Virus record (IMG/VR): IMGVR_UViG_2718218355_000004
DNA: 54,006 nucleotides
Strand: one strand, 5' to 3'
Source of the DNA: a virus
Taxonomy: Duplodnaviria; Heunggongvirae; Uroviricota; Caudoviricetes
The translations under genes were made by a program, and so were the position numbers. A model generated the notes under the pieces. It searched no databases. It was not told the DNA's origin and saw nothing but the letters and a program-made list of their open reading frames with translations. This document shows positions 1 to 11,738 of the stretch, one piece after another. Every line of letters begins with the position of its first letter. The first letter of the stretch is position 1.

Positions 1-234
1 ATGAAATCAAAAGACACCCTAAAGTGGTTCCCTGCGCAGCTTCCTGAAGTAAGAATTATCCTAGGGGATGCTGTAGTGGAAGTAGCAAAACAGGGAAGAC
101 CTATCAATACCAGAACATTGCTTGATTACATTGAAGGAAACATAAAGAAAAAATCATGGCTGGATAACAAAGAATTATTACAAACAGCGATATCAGTTCT
201 TAAAGACAACCAAAATTTAAATGGTAAAATGTAA
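1..234 (+). CDS. ynaE: Small prophage protein, YnaE/YdfK-like (77 aa)
   Basis: Complete ATG-to-stop ORF at the window start; sequence matches my recollection of the 77-aa YnaE/YdfK proteins next to pin genes in Rac/Qin prophages. Confidence 0.5.
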   Translation: MKSKDTLKWFPAQLPEVRIILGDAVVEVAKQGRPINTRTLLDYIEGNIKKKSWLDNKELLQTAISVLKDNQNLNGKM

Positions 235-550
235 TATAATAAACTTACTTTTTTATCATTTTTCCACTTTAACAACATTTTGCTCCACTTTTCCACGACC
301 AAACAACTTGAAATCTGGTTAAAATAACACGCAACACTATTCTTCTTCCTTGAGTCCGCCCGGAACTCGAAAAACAAACCGAGTTAAAGCCATTTTTCAC
401 AAAATCGATTTTGGGTCTCACCAAAATTACGGGGTTGCATACGCATTCGTTTATTTTCGAACGTGTACATACAAATATGCACAAAAATAATCATAATTAT
501 TTTCTGAGATGCATTATGATATGAACACCAATTTCGTATAGAGTCTCACT

Positions 551-1141
551 ATGTCTCAAATTTTTGCTTACTGTCGGATATCAACGCTGGATCAGACCAC
601 CGAAAATCAACGCCGGGAAATCGAAAGTGCAGGTTTTAAAATCAAACCTCAGCAAATAATCGAAGAACACATTAGTGGCTCAGCAGCAACCAGTGAGCGT
701 CCTGGTTTTAACCGGTTGCTTGCTCGCCTGAAATGTGGTGATCAATTGATTGTGACAAAACTGGATCGCCTTGGTTGTAATGCAATGGATATCAGGAAAA
801 CAGTGGAACAACTGACCGAAACAGGTATCAGAGTGCATTGCTTAGCATTGGGGGGCATTGACCTGACCAGTCCAACAGGAAAAATGATGATGCAAGTAAT
901 TTCAGCAGTCGCTGAATTTGAACGAGACCTTTTACTTGAACGCACTCATTCCGGGATAGTAAGAGCCCGCGGCGCAGGGAAACGTTTTGGTCGACCACCT
1001 GTGTTAAATGAAGAACAGAAACAGGTGGTATTCGAACGAATTAAGTCAGGTGTAAGTATAAGTGCCATTGCCCGGGAATTCAAAACCTCGCGGCAAACCA
1101 TTTTAAGAGCCAAAGCAAAACTTCAGACACCTGACATATAA
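551..1141 (+). CDS. pinR: Serine recombinase, Pin/Gin/Hin-family DNA invertase
   Basis: 196 aa with N-terminal resolvase catalytic domain (YCRIST...DRLGCNAMD, catalytic Ser near N-terminus) and C-terminal HTH; sits next to tail fiber/tfa genes as in Rac pinR. Confidence 0.85.
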   Translation: MSQIFAYCRISTLDQTTENQRREIESAGFKIKPQQIIEEHISGSAATSERPGFNRLLARLKCGDQLIVTKLDRLGCNAMDIRKTVEQLTETGIRVHCLALGGIDLTSPTGKMMMQVISAVAEFERDLLLERTHSGIVRARGAGKRFGRPPVLNEEQKQVVFERIKSGVSISAIAREFKTSRQTILRAKAKLQTPDI

Positions 1142-1238
1142 AAAATAATCTCGGTGTGAGATGCTTTACGTCTTCCAAGCCCCCTTCCTTGCCGTAAATG
1201 GAAAGATACATCTAATTATAGAATTTATATGTTTTACC

Positions 1239-1814
1239 CTACGGCAGTGCTGGCCATTCAATATCCTGTGAAGTTGACGTATCAACACGGTTCAGCAATA
1301 CCCGATACTTTTTCCATGCTTCCAGCAACGAGATTTCTTCCTCCGTTGCAATTTCCAGATCTGCAGCATCCTGAAGCGGCGCAATATGCTCACTGGCTAC
1401 CTGCATCAGGTTGTTTTTTGTTTCTTCCGCCTCCCGGATCCGGAACAGTTTTTCTGCTTCCGTATCCTTCACCCAGGCTGTGCCGTTCCACTTCTGAAAC
1501 TCCCCTTCCGGCGATAACCAGGTAACATTTTCCGGTAACGGACCGAGTTCAGAAATAAATAACGCGTCGCCGGAAGCCACGTCATAAACCGTTTTACCCC
1601 GATGATCTTCAACGAGATGCCACGATGCCTCATCACTGTTGAAAACAGCCACGAAGCCTGCCGGAATATCTGGCGGTGCAATATCGGTACTGTTTGCTGG
1701 CAGACCTGTATGAGGCGGAATATATGCATCACCTTCACCAATAAATTCATTAGTTCCGGCCAGCAGATTATAAATTGTTATGGTCCGTGGTTGTTCACTC
1801 ATTCTGAATACCAT
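1239..1814 (-). CDS. tfaR: Tail fiber assembly protein (Tfa)
   Basis: 191 aa immediately downstream of the side tail fiber gene with overlapping stop/start; sequence typical of Tfa chaperones. Confidence 0.8.
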   Translation of the reverse strand: MVFRMSEQPRTITIYNLLAGTNEFIGEGDAYIPPHTGLPANSTDIAPPDIPAGFVAVFNSDEASWHLVEDHRGKTVYDVASGDALFISELGPLPENVTWLSPEGEFQKWNGTAWVKDTEAEKLFRIREAEETKNNLMQVASEHIAPLQDAADLEIATEEEISLLEAWKKYRVLLNRVDTSTSQDIEWPALP

Positions 1815-4800
1815 TATGCAAGCCTCACAATATAGTTAAATGCGATGTTTTTGACGGTGTTTTCCGCGTTACCAGCAGCGTTAACGGTGATGGTGTGTCC
1901 ATGTGAGCCAATCGCAACGGAGTGCGTATGAGCACCAATACCGACAGTATGTGCATGTGCGCCTGCGCTTGCAGCAGTGCCGGACAGCGAGTGGGTATGA
2001 GCACCATCTGATGATGTCTTCCCTGCATTACGAGTCTGGCCACTACCGCTTGTTGTGCTCATAATCCCCGCGCTTAGATTTGAAATCGCGGTATAACCAT
2101 TAGGGAAAATGCTCGTGTTCGTGCCACCAAATGCACCGGAACTCTTGTGTTGGTGCGCACCGGCACTATTTGCAGTCCCGCTAATACTATGGGTATGCGC
2201 CCCGGTGTTATTCGTGGATTTGGTTCCGTAATCAAACGACGATGTGTTTTTCGTCCCCAAATCCGTACTGGATGCGCTGGCGCTGTGGGTGTGCGATTTA
2301 ATGCCGTCCTGTTCCTGAGATAATACGGCTCGACCACTGGCAGGTTTGCCCTTAATCGTCCAGCCACGCATATCAGGGATCACGCCTGACGGATAAGCGG
2401 CTGCAAGTTTTGGGTAGGCAGATTTGTCAAAAGTCTGCCCCTGCATCAGGGCATAACCAGACGGAACGGTATCTGATGGCCACGGGATTGGTGCACCGAC
2501 TGGATAAAACTCTGCAGGAGGATGAGCCGAGGTGTAAAGCTGCGCCCAACCACTTTCAAAACCATAACCGTCTCTTGAAGAACGGTAGAACAGACCACCA
2601 TTTCTGTAATGCGCCTTCATCTGCAAGGTCCGGCAACTTCCGACTCCGGTATAGAAGTTAACCAGAATATAGCTGTCGCCAGAGCGGGTGACATTGTAAG
2701 CGCCTGATTCGGCATTCCATGGAACGCCCCCATCCGCATCGGCATACGCATCCGTTGCTCTTCTGGCAAAAGCAGCCACATGCGCGGCGGTTAAAGTGAT
2801 ATCAGTAGAACCATCAAATGGAACACCGGATATTTTTCTTGCAGTCTGAAGTTTTGTAGCAGTTGCAGCATTACCAGTGGTGTTCTGATTACCCGTAGTG
2901 TTTACACCTGGAAGGTTAATATTTGCAGAACCGTCGAAAACAACTCCACCGATAGATCTTGCCGTCTGCAATTTCGTGGCTGTACTTGCATTACCATTCA
3001 ATGAACCAGTTAATCCACCTGTAACAGACAACGGACCTGAAACTGTTCCTCCGGTTGTTGGCAGTGCTCCAATATCTAACGGCGTCGGTTTCTGATGTGT
3101 GCTATACATCGTATAAACAACACCATCGGTAACGCTGGAAGGCTTACTCGCTGAATATGTTGGCGATGTATAAATAGAAACTGTCGCATTTGCAGTACAA
3201 TCCCAATGGATATTTACACGAGTCGCATAATTGCCAATCTCAACGTAAATATCATATGTATCGCCGGATGTGTTGATCCAGGCGAAATTCGTTAATCCGA
3301 CGGCTGTACGCTTCCACAAAGCCCCGGTAATTCCTTTGGGGTTTCCATTGCCTGCTCGTAGAACCAGTTCTGAAATGCCTGCCTGATGTGGGGAACCGAC
3401 GTTGTAACCAGCGCCACCAATCAATGCGATGTAAACGATGGAACTCGCTTGTGGCATGGTAACCGTAGCCAGTTTGAACCACCCAGCCCCGCCAGAGAAA
3501 GACATCGTTACTGAATTTAAAGTACCAATATCTTTCGGCGTTAATGTTATATCCGCAGTCAGTGCTTTTCCGTTAACTTTTCGGTTAGATGGCACCCTGC
3601 TATTCGCATTGTCATTGGCTGCTTTAACTGCTTTTGGCGTTGCGGCCAGCGATTCACTGGTGCTATCAACAGCACTGCTAAGTTTCACAACACCTTTAGT
3701 TGTAAGGCTTGCGTCTTCCATCGCAACTGCACCGGCAATCTCTTCAGCACGATCAGCAGCAGCTTCCGCACGGGTCGCAGCGGATTCAGCAGCAGTTTTG
3801 CTCTGAGATGCTGCCGTCGCACTGCCTGCCGCCTCTGTTGCTTTCGTGGATGCCGTCGTGGCGCTGCCCTTCGCTGCTGACGCCTGTCTGGTCGCCTCAT
3901 CTTTTGAAGCAGACGCAGATGATGCCGATGACGCTGCCGAACTGGCGGACGATGCGGCTGCCGTTTTTGAGGATTCTGCACGGGTTTCCGACGCTTTCGC
4001 ATTCGTTTCGGATGTCTTCGCTGCGGAAGCAGACCTCGCTGCTGAGCTGGCCTGTACAGCGGCTTCGCCAGCCTTCGTTGTGGCTGTTGAAGCGGACGAT
4101 GCAGCACTTTCTGCCGATTTTCCGGCGGCGGTGGCACTGGCTGAGGCCTGCCCGGCACTTGTTGACGCGGCACTGGCAGACGACGCAGCCGCTGTTTTTG
4201 AGCCTGCCGCAGCTGAGGCACTCTGTCCCGCTGCCGTTTCAGAAGCCTTGGCGTTCGTCTCGGACGTTTTTGCCGCCTTCGCAGAATTTGCTGTCGCCGT
4301 TGCCGAGGAAGCTGCGCTGCTGGCGCTCGAGGCTGCGCTCGTTTCTGATGATTTTGCCGCCTCTTTTGAAGCCGACGCATCCCGGGCTGAGGTGGCAGCT
4401 TCTGACGCTTTCGTGGTCGCGGTGGATGCTGAAGTGGCTGCTGATTGTTGTGACGCTGCCGCATTCGTTTCTGACGTTTTTGCCGCAGCGGCACTGGTGG
4501 CCGCCGCGCTTTTTGAGGACTCTGCAGCGGCAGCACTTTTTGATGCTTCAGTGGCCTTTGCTGATGCCGTTCCTGCGCTGGAAGACGCTGACTGAGCCGA
4601 CGAAGCGGCCTGTCCGGCTGACGTGCTGGCTGCGCGTGCTGAGCCTGCAGCATCAGTCGCATGGGTTGCCGCCTCACGGGCAGATGTGCCGGCATCGCCG
4701 GCTGACTTCTTCGCGGCTGCCGTGTTCTGTGCCACTGCGGACGCGTTACGCGCCACCTCTTCCACCATCAGTTCAAAACGGCGCAGTGCCTCTGGCCGGA

Positions 4801-5092
4801 CATCATCCTCCGTCATTGCACCGAGGAAATCATTCAGTGTGCCCGGCTTTGAGTCCTCATATACGGTGATAATCCCGGCGTGTGACGGCGGGAATCCCTC
4901 CACCAACAGACTGACGCTGTACTGACCATACTCGACGTCCATTGTGTAACGCCCGGCTTCATCCGGGTTTTCTGAGGCCACTGTGTTCACCACCACCGTG
5001 GTGCTGTTGCGCCTGGCCTTTAGCTGAATGGTGCAGTTTTGTATCGGCTTACCTGCGCCATCTTTCAGTACACCTGAAATCCGTACTGCCAT
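1814..5092 (-). CDS. stfR: Side tail fiber protein
   Basis: 1092 aa; long Ala/Ser/Thr-rich repetitive shaft; C-terminal His-rich GAHTHS/GAHAH repeats typical of lambdoid side tail fibers; followed by tfa. Confidence 0.8.
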   Translation of the reverse strand: MAVRISGVLKDGAGKPIQNCTIQLKARRNSTTVVVNTVASENPDEAGRYTMDVEYGQYSVSLLVEGFPPSHAGIITVYEDSKPGTLNDFLGAMTEDDVRPEALRRFELMVEEVARNASAVAQNTAAAKKSAGDAGTSAREAATHATDAAGSARAASTSAGQAASSAQSASSSAGTASAKATEASKSAAAAESSKSAAATSAAAAKTSETNAAASQQSAATSASTATTKASEAATSARDASASKEAAKSSETSAASSASSAASSATATANSAKAAKTSETNAKASETAAGQSASAAAGSKTAAASSASAASTSAGQASASATAAGKSAESAASSASTATTKAGEAAVQASSAARSASAAKTSETNAKASETRAESSKTAAASSASSAASSASSASASKDEATRQASAAKGSATTASTKATEAAGSATAASQSKTAAESAATRAEAAADRAEEIAGAVAMEDASLTTKGVVKLSSAVDSTSESLAATPKAVKAANDNANSRVPSNRKVNGKALTADITLTPKDIGTLNSVTMSFSGGAGWFKLATVTMPQASSIVYIALIGGAGYNVGSPHQAGISELVLRAGNGNPKGITGALWKRTAVGLTNFAWINTSGDTYDIYVEIGNYATRVNIHWDCTANATVSIYTSPTYSASKPSSVTDGVVYTMYSTHQKPTPLDIGALPTTGGTVSGPLSVTGGLTGSLNGNASTATKLQTARSIGGVVFDGSANINLPGVNTTGNQNTTGNAATATKLQTARKISGVPFDGSTDITLTAAHVAAFARRATDAYADADGGVPWNAESGAYNVTRSGDSYILVNFYTGVGSCRTLQMKAHYRNGGLFYRSSRDGYGFESGWAQLYTSAHPPAEFYPVGAPIPWPSDTVPSGYALMQGQTFDKSAYPKLAAAYPSGVIPDMRGWTIKGKPASGRAVLSQEQDGIKSHTHSASASSTDLGTKNTSSFDYGTKSTNNTGAHTHSISGTANSAGAHQHKSSGAFGGTNTSIFPNGYTAISNLSAGIMSTTSGSGQTRNAGKTSSDGAHTHSLSGTAASAGAHAHTVGIGAHTHSVAIGSHGHTITVNAAGNAENTVKNIAFNYIVRLA
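3740..4735. repeat. Low-complexity tandem repeat region inside the tail fiber gene
   Basis: About 1 kb encoding reiterated [13 protein letters not shown] / SAASSASS units; generates spurious long ORFs in other frames on both strands. Confidence 0.6.
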
Positions 5093-5103
5093 ATTCCCCC
5101 CAC

Positions 5104-5130
5104 AAAAAAGCCCGCCTGAACCGGCGGGCT
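5104..5130 (-). terminator. Rho-independent terminator downstream of lom
   Basis: Minus-strand hairpin AGCCCGCC-loop-GGCGGGCT followed by TTTTTT. Confidence 0.5.
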
Positions 5131-5156
5131 GTCATAACACTGTGTTACCTGGCTAA

Positions 5157-5756
5157 TCAGAATTTATAACCGACACCAACGATGAAACTGTTGGTACGCC
5201 AGTCACCGCTGCCGGAGCCTTCATAAGCGACGTCAACGGCCACGGATTCGGTCGGGTTAAACTGCACGCCAGCCCCCCACGCCAGAGACGTGTTGCTGTG
5301 GCGACCGTCATCACTTCCGGTCAGCACATCGTGCTTTTTCCCCTTGTTGTCAGTTACGCGGAGATAATCCCCGGAGAAAGTCGACACACGGCTGTAAGCC
5401 ACACCCGCCATCGCATACGCGCTGAACCATTCATTCACGCGCACAGACGGCCCCGCCATTACGCTGAACCAGCGGTTACGAACGGAATCTTCATGCCAGC
5501 GGGTATCGCTGTAACGGGTCAGCTGGCGATTCTTGTCTCCTGCATAGCTGAATGACGTCACCAGCCCCAGTGTGTCCGTAAACTCATAACGGTATTTCAC
5601 GTTAATCCCGTTCAGATCATCACTGCCGGGGACGTTCGTCGAGGCATGAAGATACCCCGCGCTCAGCGTGGACTGATGTTCAGACGCCCATGCAGGCGCA
5701 CCGGATACGGCCAGACAAATGGCTGCGGACAAAATTGCTGCACAAACTTTACGCAT
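5157..5756 (-). CDS. lom: Outer membrane protein Lom (Ail/Lom/PagC family)
   Basis: 199 aa with N-terminal signal peptide and beta-barrel ending in aromatic C-terminus (GYKF); located between J and stf as lambda lom is. Confidence 0.85.
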   Translation of the reverse strand: MRKVCAAILSAAICLAVSGAPAWASEHQSTLSAGYLHASTNVPGSDDLNGINVKYRYEFTDTLGLVTSFSYAGDKNRQLTRYSDTRWHEDSVRNRWFSVMAGPSVRVNEWFSAYAMAGVAYSRVSTFSGDYLRVTDNKGKKHDVLTGSDDGRHSNTSLAWGAGVQFNPTESVAVDVAYEGSGSGDWRTNSFIVGVGYKF

Positions 5757-5777
5757 AATTACCTCTCGCTTTTCTGC

Positions 5778-5803
5778 AATAAAAAAGGCGTCATTCCTGA
5801 CGC
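5778..5803 (-). terminator. Rho-independent terminator between J and lom
   Basis: Minus-strand hairpin GGCGTCA-GGAA-TGACGCC followed by TTTTTTATT. Confidence 0.5.
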
Positions 5804-5826
5804 CCTTTATTGGGGTTATAAATATT

Positions 5827-8800
5827 TCAACGAATACTGATGCCGGAAGCGGCTTTTTTGGTCACAATCACCGTACAGTCGGTGATATTGCCTGCCCCCT
5901 GATTGCCTTTCTGGAAAATCTTAAACTCCAGAGTGACGCTTCCCCTGCCACTCGGCATATCAATAACTGCACTGTAACTACCGGGAATGGCCCCTTTAGT
6001 TTCTCTGGATGCGATTAATACGCCGTTTTTGCGAACTTCAAAACCATAACCCGTGTATCGCGTGCCTCCCGGGTTATTTCCGCTCCCCGGATCGTCATAC
6101 GCTATACCGTTAAAAATAATGGGCGGAATAATAATCTGGCGGTCAAAGTTATGATCATCGCTGATGGTGACTGTAACCGTCCCGTTTGGTGTTTCCGTAT
6201 TACCCCACGTACCAGCCTGTTTCGGGAATGATTTGGATACAGCTTTAACGAAGTCACCTCTGACCTGAGTCGCCTCCAGCATGCCCTTAATCGTACAGTT
6301 TTCATTTACCGTGACATTGTTGAGCGTCCCGGCGTTCGCATTCACACTGCCACTGATATCCGCATTTTTAGCGGTCAGCTTTCCGTCCGGTGTCAGGGAA
6401 AATGCCGGCGGATTTCCACCGCTGGTAATGGTGGGAGCCGTCAGGCGTTTCAGGAACACGTCATTCATGAATATCTGATCACCCTGACCAACAAACATCG
6501 GTTTTGTGTTGCCATTTGCAGGATTAATCATCGCAATCCTGTCCGCCGCCAGCAGCACCTGACTCTGCATGCCGTCAGGGGTGTTCTCAATACCGGCACC
6601 GATACCCGCAATATAAAGGCGTCCGTCCTGCATCTGCTGCAGCTTCACTGCCCACATGCTGTTCAGGTTATTATTTGTATCAACCTGAACCTTCTGTATC
6701 TGCTGGATCGCTGCACTCTGGTCTTCCAGTTTCTTATTGACGGTCTGTGTTATTTCATTGCTGACATCCGTTATGGACGTCCTGATTTCAGTCAGGTCAG
6801 GCGCAAGCTGACCGTTATCAATCTGCGTCCACAGCTCCTGAGCCAGATGGGTTTTCCCGATTTCTCCTTTGAAAAAATCCAGGTAACCTTCCGCATCATC
6901 GCTCGCCCGACCGACAGCCTCCACGAATGCCGATTTGCCAACGGTGTTCACACTGCGGATATAAAAGTAATAATCATGGCCCGGTTTGATATTGATACTG
7001 GCGGCTATCCAGTACAGCGCCGTACCAAGATAGCGGGCTGTGGTTTCAACCTGCCTGATATCGGTAATCCGCTTTTCCGAGAACCAGAACTCAAACTGTA
7101 CCGTCGGGTCATAAACAGCAAGATGCGGCGTGGCGGTTATCTGAAAATAGCCCGGCGTCAGCTCAATCCTCGACGGTGCTGCCGGTGCGGCAATCCGGAA
7201 CGATACCGACGCCGGATCACCCTGCTGCCCCCGGGCATTTACCGCCCGGACTGTCAGCCTGTAGTTCCCCAGCGCCAGTTGCGTGAAGCGGTATGTGGTT
7301 TCCGTCGTCCGGGCCGTGCTGACCAGCCGCTCACTGCCGTCGTCCGCTGTTACGGTCAGACGGAGCAGGAAGCTCACGCCCTTCACCACCTTCGGTGTGT
7401 CCCATCGCGCCAGCACCTGGTATTCCCCACTGTCTGCGGTGACTTCTGCGGTCAGGTGCTGCACCGCTGGCAGCGTGACACCATTCACCGTGCCGCTCTG
7501 GTCGCCGTCAAAGTGCGCCCCGTTATCCACGATGGCTTCTTTTTCCGGTACATGCTGCACGGCGGTGATGGCATACGTGCCGTCGTCGTTCTCACGGATA
7601 CTCACGCAGCGGAACAGGCGCTGGCGCAGCGTCGGCAGCTTCAGCCCCCATACGCTGTATCCGGCAACGCCGTCAGGAACACGGCTCACTTTTACCTTCA
7701 CGCCGTCGGTGACGGACTGGACCTCCACGCTGACCGGATTGCCACTTCCGTCAACCAGGCTTATCAGCGTGGTACCGGAGGATGGCAGCGTGATTTCACG
7801 GTCGAGCGTCAGCGTCCGGGTCTGGCTGTTCACCGCCAGCACGCGCCCGCCGGTGCTGATCCCCGCATAGTCATCATCGCAGACTTCAATGACATCGCCC
7901 GGCACATGGCGAAGCCCTTCCGCACCCACGCTGAAGTCCACGGTCTGCGTTTCCAGTAGTTCCGTTTTAATCAGCCACAGCCCGGCGCGGTGCGCCTGCC
8001 CCCGGCTGGTACAGCCAAAGGCATCCATCTTCGTGACGTTACGACCGTAACGGAGAATGGCCTGCGTATCTTCAACAAGCTCTGTCGCCGTCTCCCAGCC
8101 GTTATCCGGGTCAATCCAGTTCACCTCAACGGCATTATGGCGGTCCTTCAGGGCGCTGAAGCTGTAGCGGAACGGCGCGCCATCATCCGGCATCACCACA
8201 TTACTGCGGTTATAGGTCCACACTTTATCTGATGGTCGGTCCTGCACGAACGTCAGCGTCTGCCCGTTCCATACCGGCATACAGCGCATCGCCGAGCAGA
8301 AATCACTGAGCACATCCCACGCCTTGCGCTGTGTGGTCAGGTACGCATTACAGGTGATGCGCGGCTCCGTGCCGCCAAAGCCGTCCGGCACTGACTGGTC
8401 GCAGTACTGGCCGATGACATACAGCGCCCATTTATCCACATCCGCCGCACCAAGACGTTTCCCCATGCCGTAGCGCGGATGGGTCAGCATATCCCACAGA
8501 CACCAGACCATGTTGTTGCTGTATGCCGGTTTAAACGTTCCGTCCCAGATACCGCTGTATTGCCGCGTCTGCGGGTTATAGTTCGACGGCACCTGCAGAA
8601 TGCGCCCGCGCAGATGATAATTACGGCTCACCTGCTGGCTGCCGAACTGCTCCGAGTCCACCTGCACGCCGACCAGTGCCGTGTTCGGGTAGCACTGTTT
8701 CACATCGATGATTTCGGTGTATGACGACCAGAGCGTTTTGTTCTGCAGCTGGTCTGTGGTGCTGTCCGGCGTCATCCTGCGCATCCGGATACTGAACGGG

Positions 8801-9324
8801 CGCGGCGGCAGGTTATCCACCACCACCGAGGCCAGATACTGTGAAGTGGTTTTACCCTTAATGGTGATGTCTTTTTCCGTCACCCAGCCACCGTTACGCT
8901 GTATCTGAACCAGCAGGCGGACTTCCGACGGATTCCTGTCCCCCTTTGAGGTGGTTTCCACCAGTGCCTGCACGCCGAAAGTAAAACGCAGACGGTCAAT
9001 GTTTGCCGACGTGATGGTCCTGGTGATCGGCGTGTCATATTTCACTTCTGTACCGAGCACCGTCTCGGAGCCGGAGGATTCAAATCCCTCCGGCGGTGTC
9101 TGCTCCTGCTCACCGGCCCGGAACACCACCGTGACGCCGGATATATTGGTATTCCCCTCACTGTCCAGCACTGGCGTACTGTTCAGCAGCACGCTTTTTA
9201 ATCCATCCACCGGACCTTCAACCGGCCCTTCGCTGATGGCATCGATCACACTCAGCAACTGCGTGGACTTCAGGTTGTCCTTCGCTTCGCGCGGAGTATG
9301 CCCCTTACTGCTGCCTTTACCCAT
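5827..9324 (-). CDS. Host specificity protein J (tail tip / central fiber)
   Basis: 1165 aa; lambda gpJ-like sequence throughout, following I/K/L/M in lambda order. Confidence 0.9.
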   Translation of the reverse strand: MGKGSSKGHTPREAKDNLKSTQLLSVIDAISEGPVEGPVDGLKSVLLNSTPVLDSEGNTNISGVTVVFRAGEQEQTPPEGFESSGSETVLGTEVKYDTPITRTITSANIDRLRFTFGVQALVETTSKGDRNPSEVRLLVQIQRNGGWVTEKDITIKGKTTSQYLASVVVDNLPPRPFSIRMRRMTPDSTTDQLQNKTLWSSYTEIIDVKQCYPNTALVGVQVDSEQFGSQQVSRNYHLRGRILQVPSNYNPQTRQYSGIWDGTFKPAYSNNMVWCLWDMLTHPRYGMGKRLGAADVDKWALYVIGQYCDQSVPDGFGGTEPRITCNAYLTTQRKAWDVLSDFCSAMRCMPVWNGQTLTFVQDRPSDKVWTYNRSNVVMPDDGAPFRYSFSALKDRHNAVEVNWIDPDNGWETATELVEDTQAILRYGRNVTKMDAFGCTSRGQAHRAGLWLIKTELLETQTVDFSVGAEGLRHVPGDVIEVCDDDYAGISTGGRVLAVNSQTRTLTLDREITLPSSGTTLISLVDGSGNPVSVEVQSVTDGVKVKVSRVPDGVAGYSVWGLKLPTLRQRLFRCVSIRENDDGTYAITAVQHVPEKEAIVDNGAHFDGDQSGTVNGVTLPAVQHLTAEVTADSGEYQVLARWDTPKVVKGVSFLLRLTVTADDGSERLVSTARTTETTYRFTQLALGNYRLTVRAVNARGQQGDPASVSFRIAAPAAPSRIELTPGYFQITATPHLAVYDPTVQFEFWFSEKRITDIRQVETTARYLGTALYWIAASINIKPGHDYYFYIRSVNTVGKSAFVEAVGRASDDAEGYLDFFKGEIGKTHLAQELWTQIDNGQLAPDLTEIRTSITDVSNEITQTVNKKLEDQSAAIQQIQKVQVDTNNNLNSMWAVKLQQMQDGRLYIAGIGAGIENTPDGMQSQVLLAADRIAMINPANGNTKPMFVGQGDQIFMNDVFLKRLTAPTITSGGNPPAFSLTPDGKLTAKNADISGSVNANAGTLNNVTVNENCTIKGMLEATQVRGDFVKAVSKSFPKQAGTWGNTETPNGTVTVTISDDHNFDRQIIIPPIIFNGIAYDDPGSGNNPGGTRYTGYGFEVRKNGVLIASRETKGAIPGSYSAVIDMPSGRGSVTLEFKIFQKGNQGAGNITDCTVIVTKKAASGISIR

Positions 9325-9383
9325 TCCTCACGCTCCATAAACGACAAAACCGCCCGGAGGCGGTTTCACATAAACGTTTTTCA

Positions 9384-10055
9384 TCAGCGACCAATCACCA
9401 CAACCTGACCACCATCCCCTTCGTCTGCCGTGCTGATCTCCTGAGAGACCACCCGCGACCCCACGCGCATTTCACCGTACAGAACCGGCAGAACATTGCC
9501 CTGGGCAACCATGTTATCCAGTGAGGAGAAATAGGTGTTCTGCTTACCGTTATCCGTTGTCTGTGTACGGGGAGTTCTGGCTTTCGGTGCCAGCATCTGC
9601 GCCACACCACCGAGCACCATACTGGCACCGAGAGAAAACAGGATGCCGGTCATACCACCGGTCCCAATGGCTGCCCCCCATGCTGCAAGGGTGGCTCCGG
9701 CGGTAAAGAATGATCCGGCAATGGCGGCAGCCCCCAGGACAATCTGGAATACGCCACCTGACTTGGCCCCGGCGACTCTGGGAACAATATGAATCACAGC
9801 GCCATCAGGCAGAGTCTCATGTAACTGCGCCGTTAACCCGGACGTGCTGACGTCCCGCCCGGCAATCCGTACCTGATACCAGCCGTCGCTCAGTTTCTGA
9901 CGAAACGCCGGGAGCTGTGTGGCCAGTGCCCGGATGGCTTCAGCCCCCGTTTTCACACGAAGGTCGATGCGGCGACCAAATCGTTGTAAATCCCCGTAAA
10001 GGCAGATGCGCGCCATGCCCGGTGACGCCAGAGGGAGTGTGTGCGTCGCTGCCAT
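9384..10055 (-). CDS. Tail assembly protein I
   Basis: 223 aa, lambda gpI-like, with Gly/Ala-rich hydrophobic C-terminal half; position between K and J. Confidence 0.8.
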   Translation of the reverse strand: MAATHTLPLASPGMARICLYGDLQRFGRRIDLRVKTGAEAIRALATQLPAFRQKLSDGWYQVRIAGRDVSTSGLTAQLHETLPDGAVIHIVPRVAGAKSGGVFQIVLGAAAIAGSFFTAGATLAAWGAAIGTGGMTGILFSLGASMVLGGVAQMLAPKARTPRTQTTDNGKQNTYFSSLDNMVAQGNVLPVLYGEMRVGSRVVSQEISTADEGDGGQVVVIGR

Positions 10056-10696
10056 TTGTCGGTGTACCTCTCTCGTTTGCTCAGTTGTTCAGGAATATGG
10101 TGCAGCAGCTCGCCGTCGCCGCAGTAAATTGCGGCGTGATTCGGCACTGATGAACCAAAACAGCACAGCAGCACATCGCCCGGCTGTGCCGCTGACAACG
10201 GCACCTGATACAGCCCCGTCGCCTCCAGATTATCCAGATAGAGATTCTGGCCGTTACGCCACCAGTCATCCTCACGATAAAAGTCCGGCATCTCAATCCC
10301 CGCCAGATGATAAGCATCCCGGAACAGTGTGTAACAGTCCGTCACACCGTGCTCAAAGCGCCGCCCGGTGAGATGCGGCACACAGCGGAACTTATGAATC
10401 GTCCCCCGGCAGACCAGCCACCACGGCAAATCACTCTGCACCTGCAGCCGCCGGTCGGCCTCACTCAGCCAGGGCAGACCACCGGGGTGGCTGTGGACCA
10501 GCGCCACAATCTCACCCTGCATTTCTGCCTGCAGCCAGTCTTCCGGCGACATACGGAAATACGCCTCCGGCTCACCGGAGATATTCACGCAGGGAAAATA
10601 TCTTTCCCCCTCCGGCGTGCTTACCACGAAGCCGCACGACTCCGCTGGCGCACATCGCCGGGCGTGCGCCAGAATCGCTGATTCTGTCTGTGTCAT
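9953..10696 (-). CDS. Tail assembly protein K (MPN/JAB plus NlpC/P60 domains)
   Basis: 247 aa with HSHP metal motif and Cys/His peptidase-like C-terminal region; lambda gpK position. Confidence 0.85.
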   Translation of the reverse strand: MTQTESAILAHARRCAPAESCGFVVSTPEGERYFPCVNISGEPEAYFRMSPEDWLQAEMQGEIVALVHSHPGGLPWLSEADRRLQVQSDLPWWLVCRGTIHKFRCVPHLTGRRFEHGVTDCYTLFRDAYHLAGIEMPDFYREDDWWRNGQNLYLDNLEATGLYQVPLSAAQPGDVLLCCFGSSVPNHAAIYCGDGELLHHIPEQLSKRERYTDKWQRRTHSLWRHRAWRASAFTGIYNDLVAASTFV

Positions 10697-10701
10697 GGGA
10701 T

Positions 10702-11400
10702 TTACTGCGAAAGTTTGTTAATGGAAAGGAAGCCGCCAAAGTTGCCGACGTTATTGCGGAACTTACAACCGCTCAGGCATTTGCTGCATTTATCCTTCGT
10801 GATATCGGACGTTGGCTGGTCATATTCATCCGCGACAGCCGGACCGCTATAACCGCACTCGTCACCGCGATAGGTCCAGGTGCAGGTGTTGGCCAGCATG
10901 ATACGTCCCGGAAAAACAGCGCCATCCGTTTCCGTCGGCGTGGACAGTACAAAGGAGGCACTCACCGCGCTCAGTTCGCTGCACTGCTCAATGCGCCAGC
11001 GGCTGATCACCTCCTGCTCCGGATCGGCGTAACTGTTTCCGTTGACGAAGTTCACCGCATCCAGAAAACGGGCGTAAACCTTACGCCGGACCACCGTTCC
11101 GCCGACCAGACTCTGCATATCTTCCGCCATCCCGGTGACCATACCGTACAGGTTAGAAACCGTCAGCGTGGGGCGCGTACTGGTGCCTTTGCCATTCAGT
11201 TCAAAACCGCTCCCCTGAATGGGATACGGCTGATACTGTCGCCCCTGCCAGGTGACCGGCTCACCTTTTTCGTTCTGCTCATTACAGAAAAAATAACGTT
11301 CTCCACCTACCTCTGTCAGGTCGATTTCCCAGAGCACCACGCTGGCCGACTGCTCCGCACGGGTGCATTCATTCAGTGTTTCCTGTTGTATGTCCTGCAT
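10702..11400 (-). CDS. Minor tail protein L
   Basis: 232 aa, lambda gpL-like including Cys cluster near the C-terminus. Confidence 0.85.
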   Translation of the reverse strand: MQDIQQETLNECTRAEQSASVVLWEIDLTEVGGERYFFCNEQNEKGEPVTWQGRQYQPYPIQGSGFELNGKGTSTRPTLTVSNLYGMVTGMAEDMQSLVGGTVVRRKVYARFLDAVNFVNGNSYADPEQEVISRWRIEQCSELSAVSASFVLSTPTETDGAVFPGRIMLANTCTWTYRGDECGYSGPAVADEYDQPTSDITKDKCSKCLSGCKFRNNVGNFGGFLSINKLSQ

Positions 11401-11738
11401 CAGATCACCACTTCGTCAAACTGACACGAAAAATCGGTATAGGTGATATGTTCTGTCGCTGACCACGTTCGACACACCACTCTGATTTTTCTGTTAATAC
11501 CCGGCGGGCGCCAAAAAAAAGATTTATAGCCTTCATGCCGGGCTAAAAATTTTTCAAATGAATCACGTTCATTCGCCTCAACTTTGAAATCACAGGTGAA
11601 AACGCGCAGAGAATGATTAAGTCCATTTGGACTTCGTTGCTCATAACCATCGCCAAATCTTACAGTTTTTATCGATGGTTTATTTTCTGTTTTCATTCCA
11701 TCCTCTGGTAACCAGTGAAATTCTTCCGTATTAGCCAC
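11400..11738 (-). CDS. Minor tail protein M
   Basis: 112 aa with [10 protein letters not shown] motif as in lambda gpM; the listed start is a GTG. Confidence 0.75.

Noticed and set aside
1229-1525. 98-aa plus-strand ORF
   Set aside because: Lies antisense inside the tail fiber assembly gene, with no SD and no recognisable domain; the tfa reading is far better supported.
3685-4869. Three long ORFs (336, 386, 249 aa) in alternative frames and strands within the tail fiber repeat region
   Set aside because: Products are extreme low-complexity (Arg/Gln/Pro or Ala/Asp-rich) generated by the GC-rich tandem repeat; the stf frame is continuous and biologically sensible.
6847-7959. 370-aa and 195-aa plus-strand ORFs
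   Set aside because: Antisense to the J gene; Arg-rich composition typical of antisense reading of GC-rich coding DNA.
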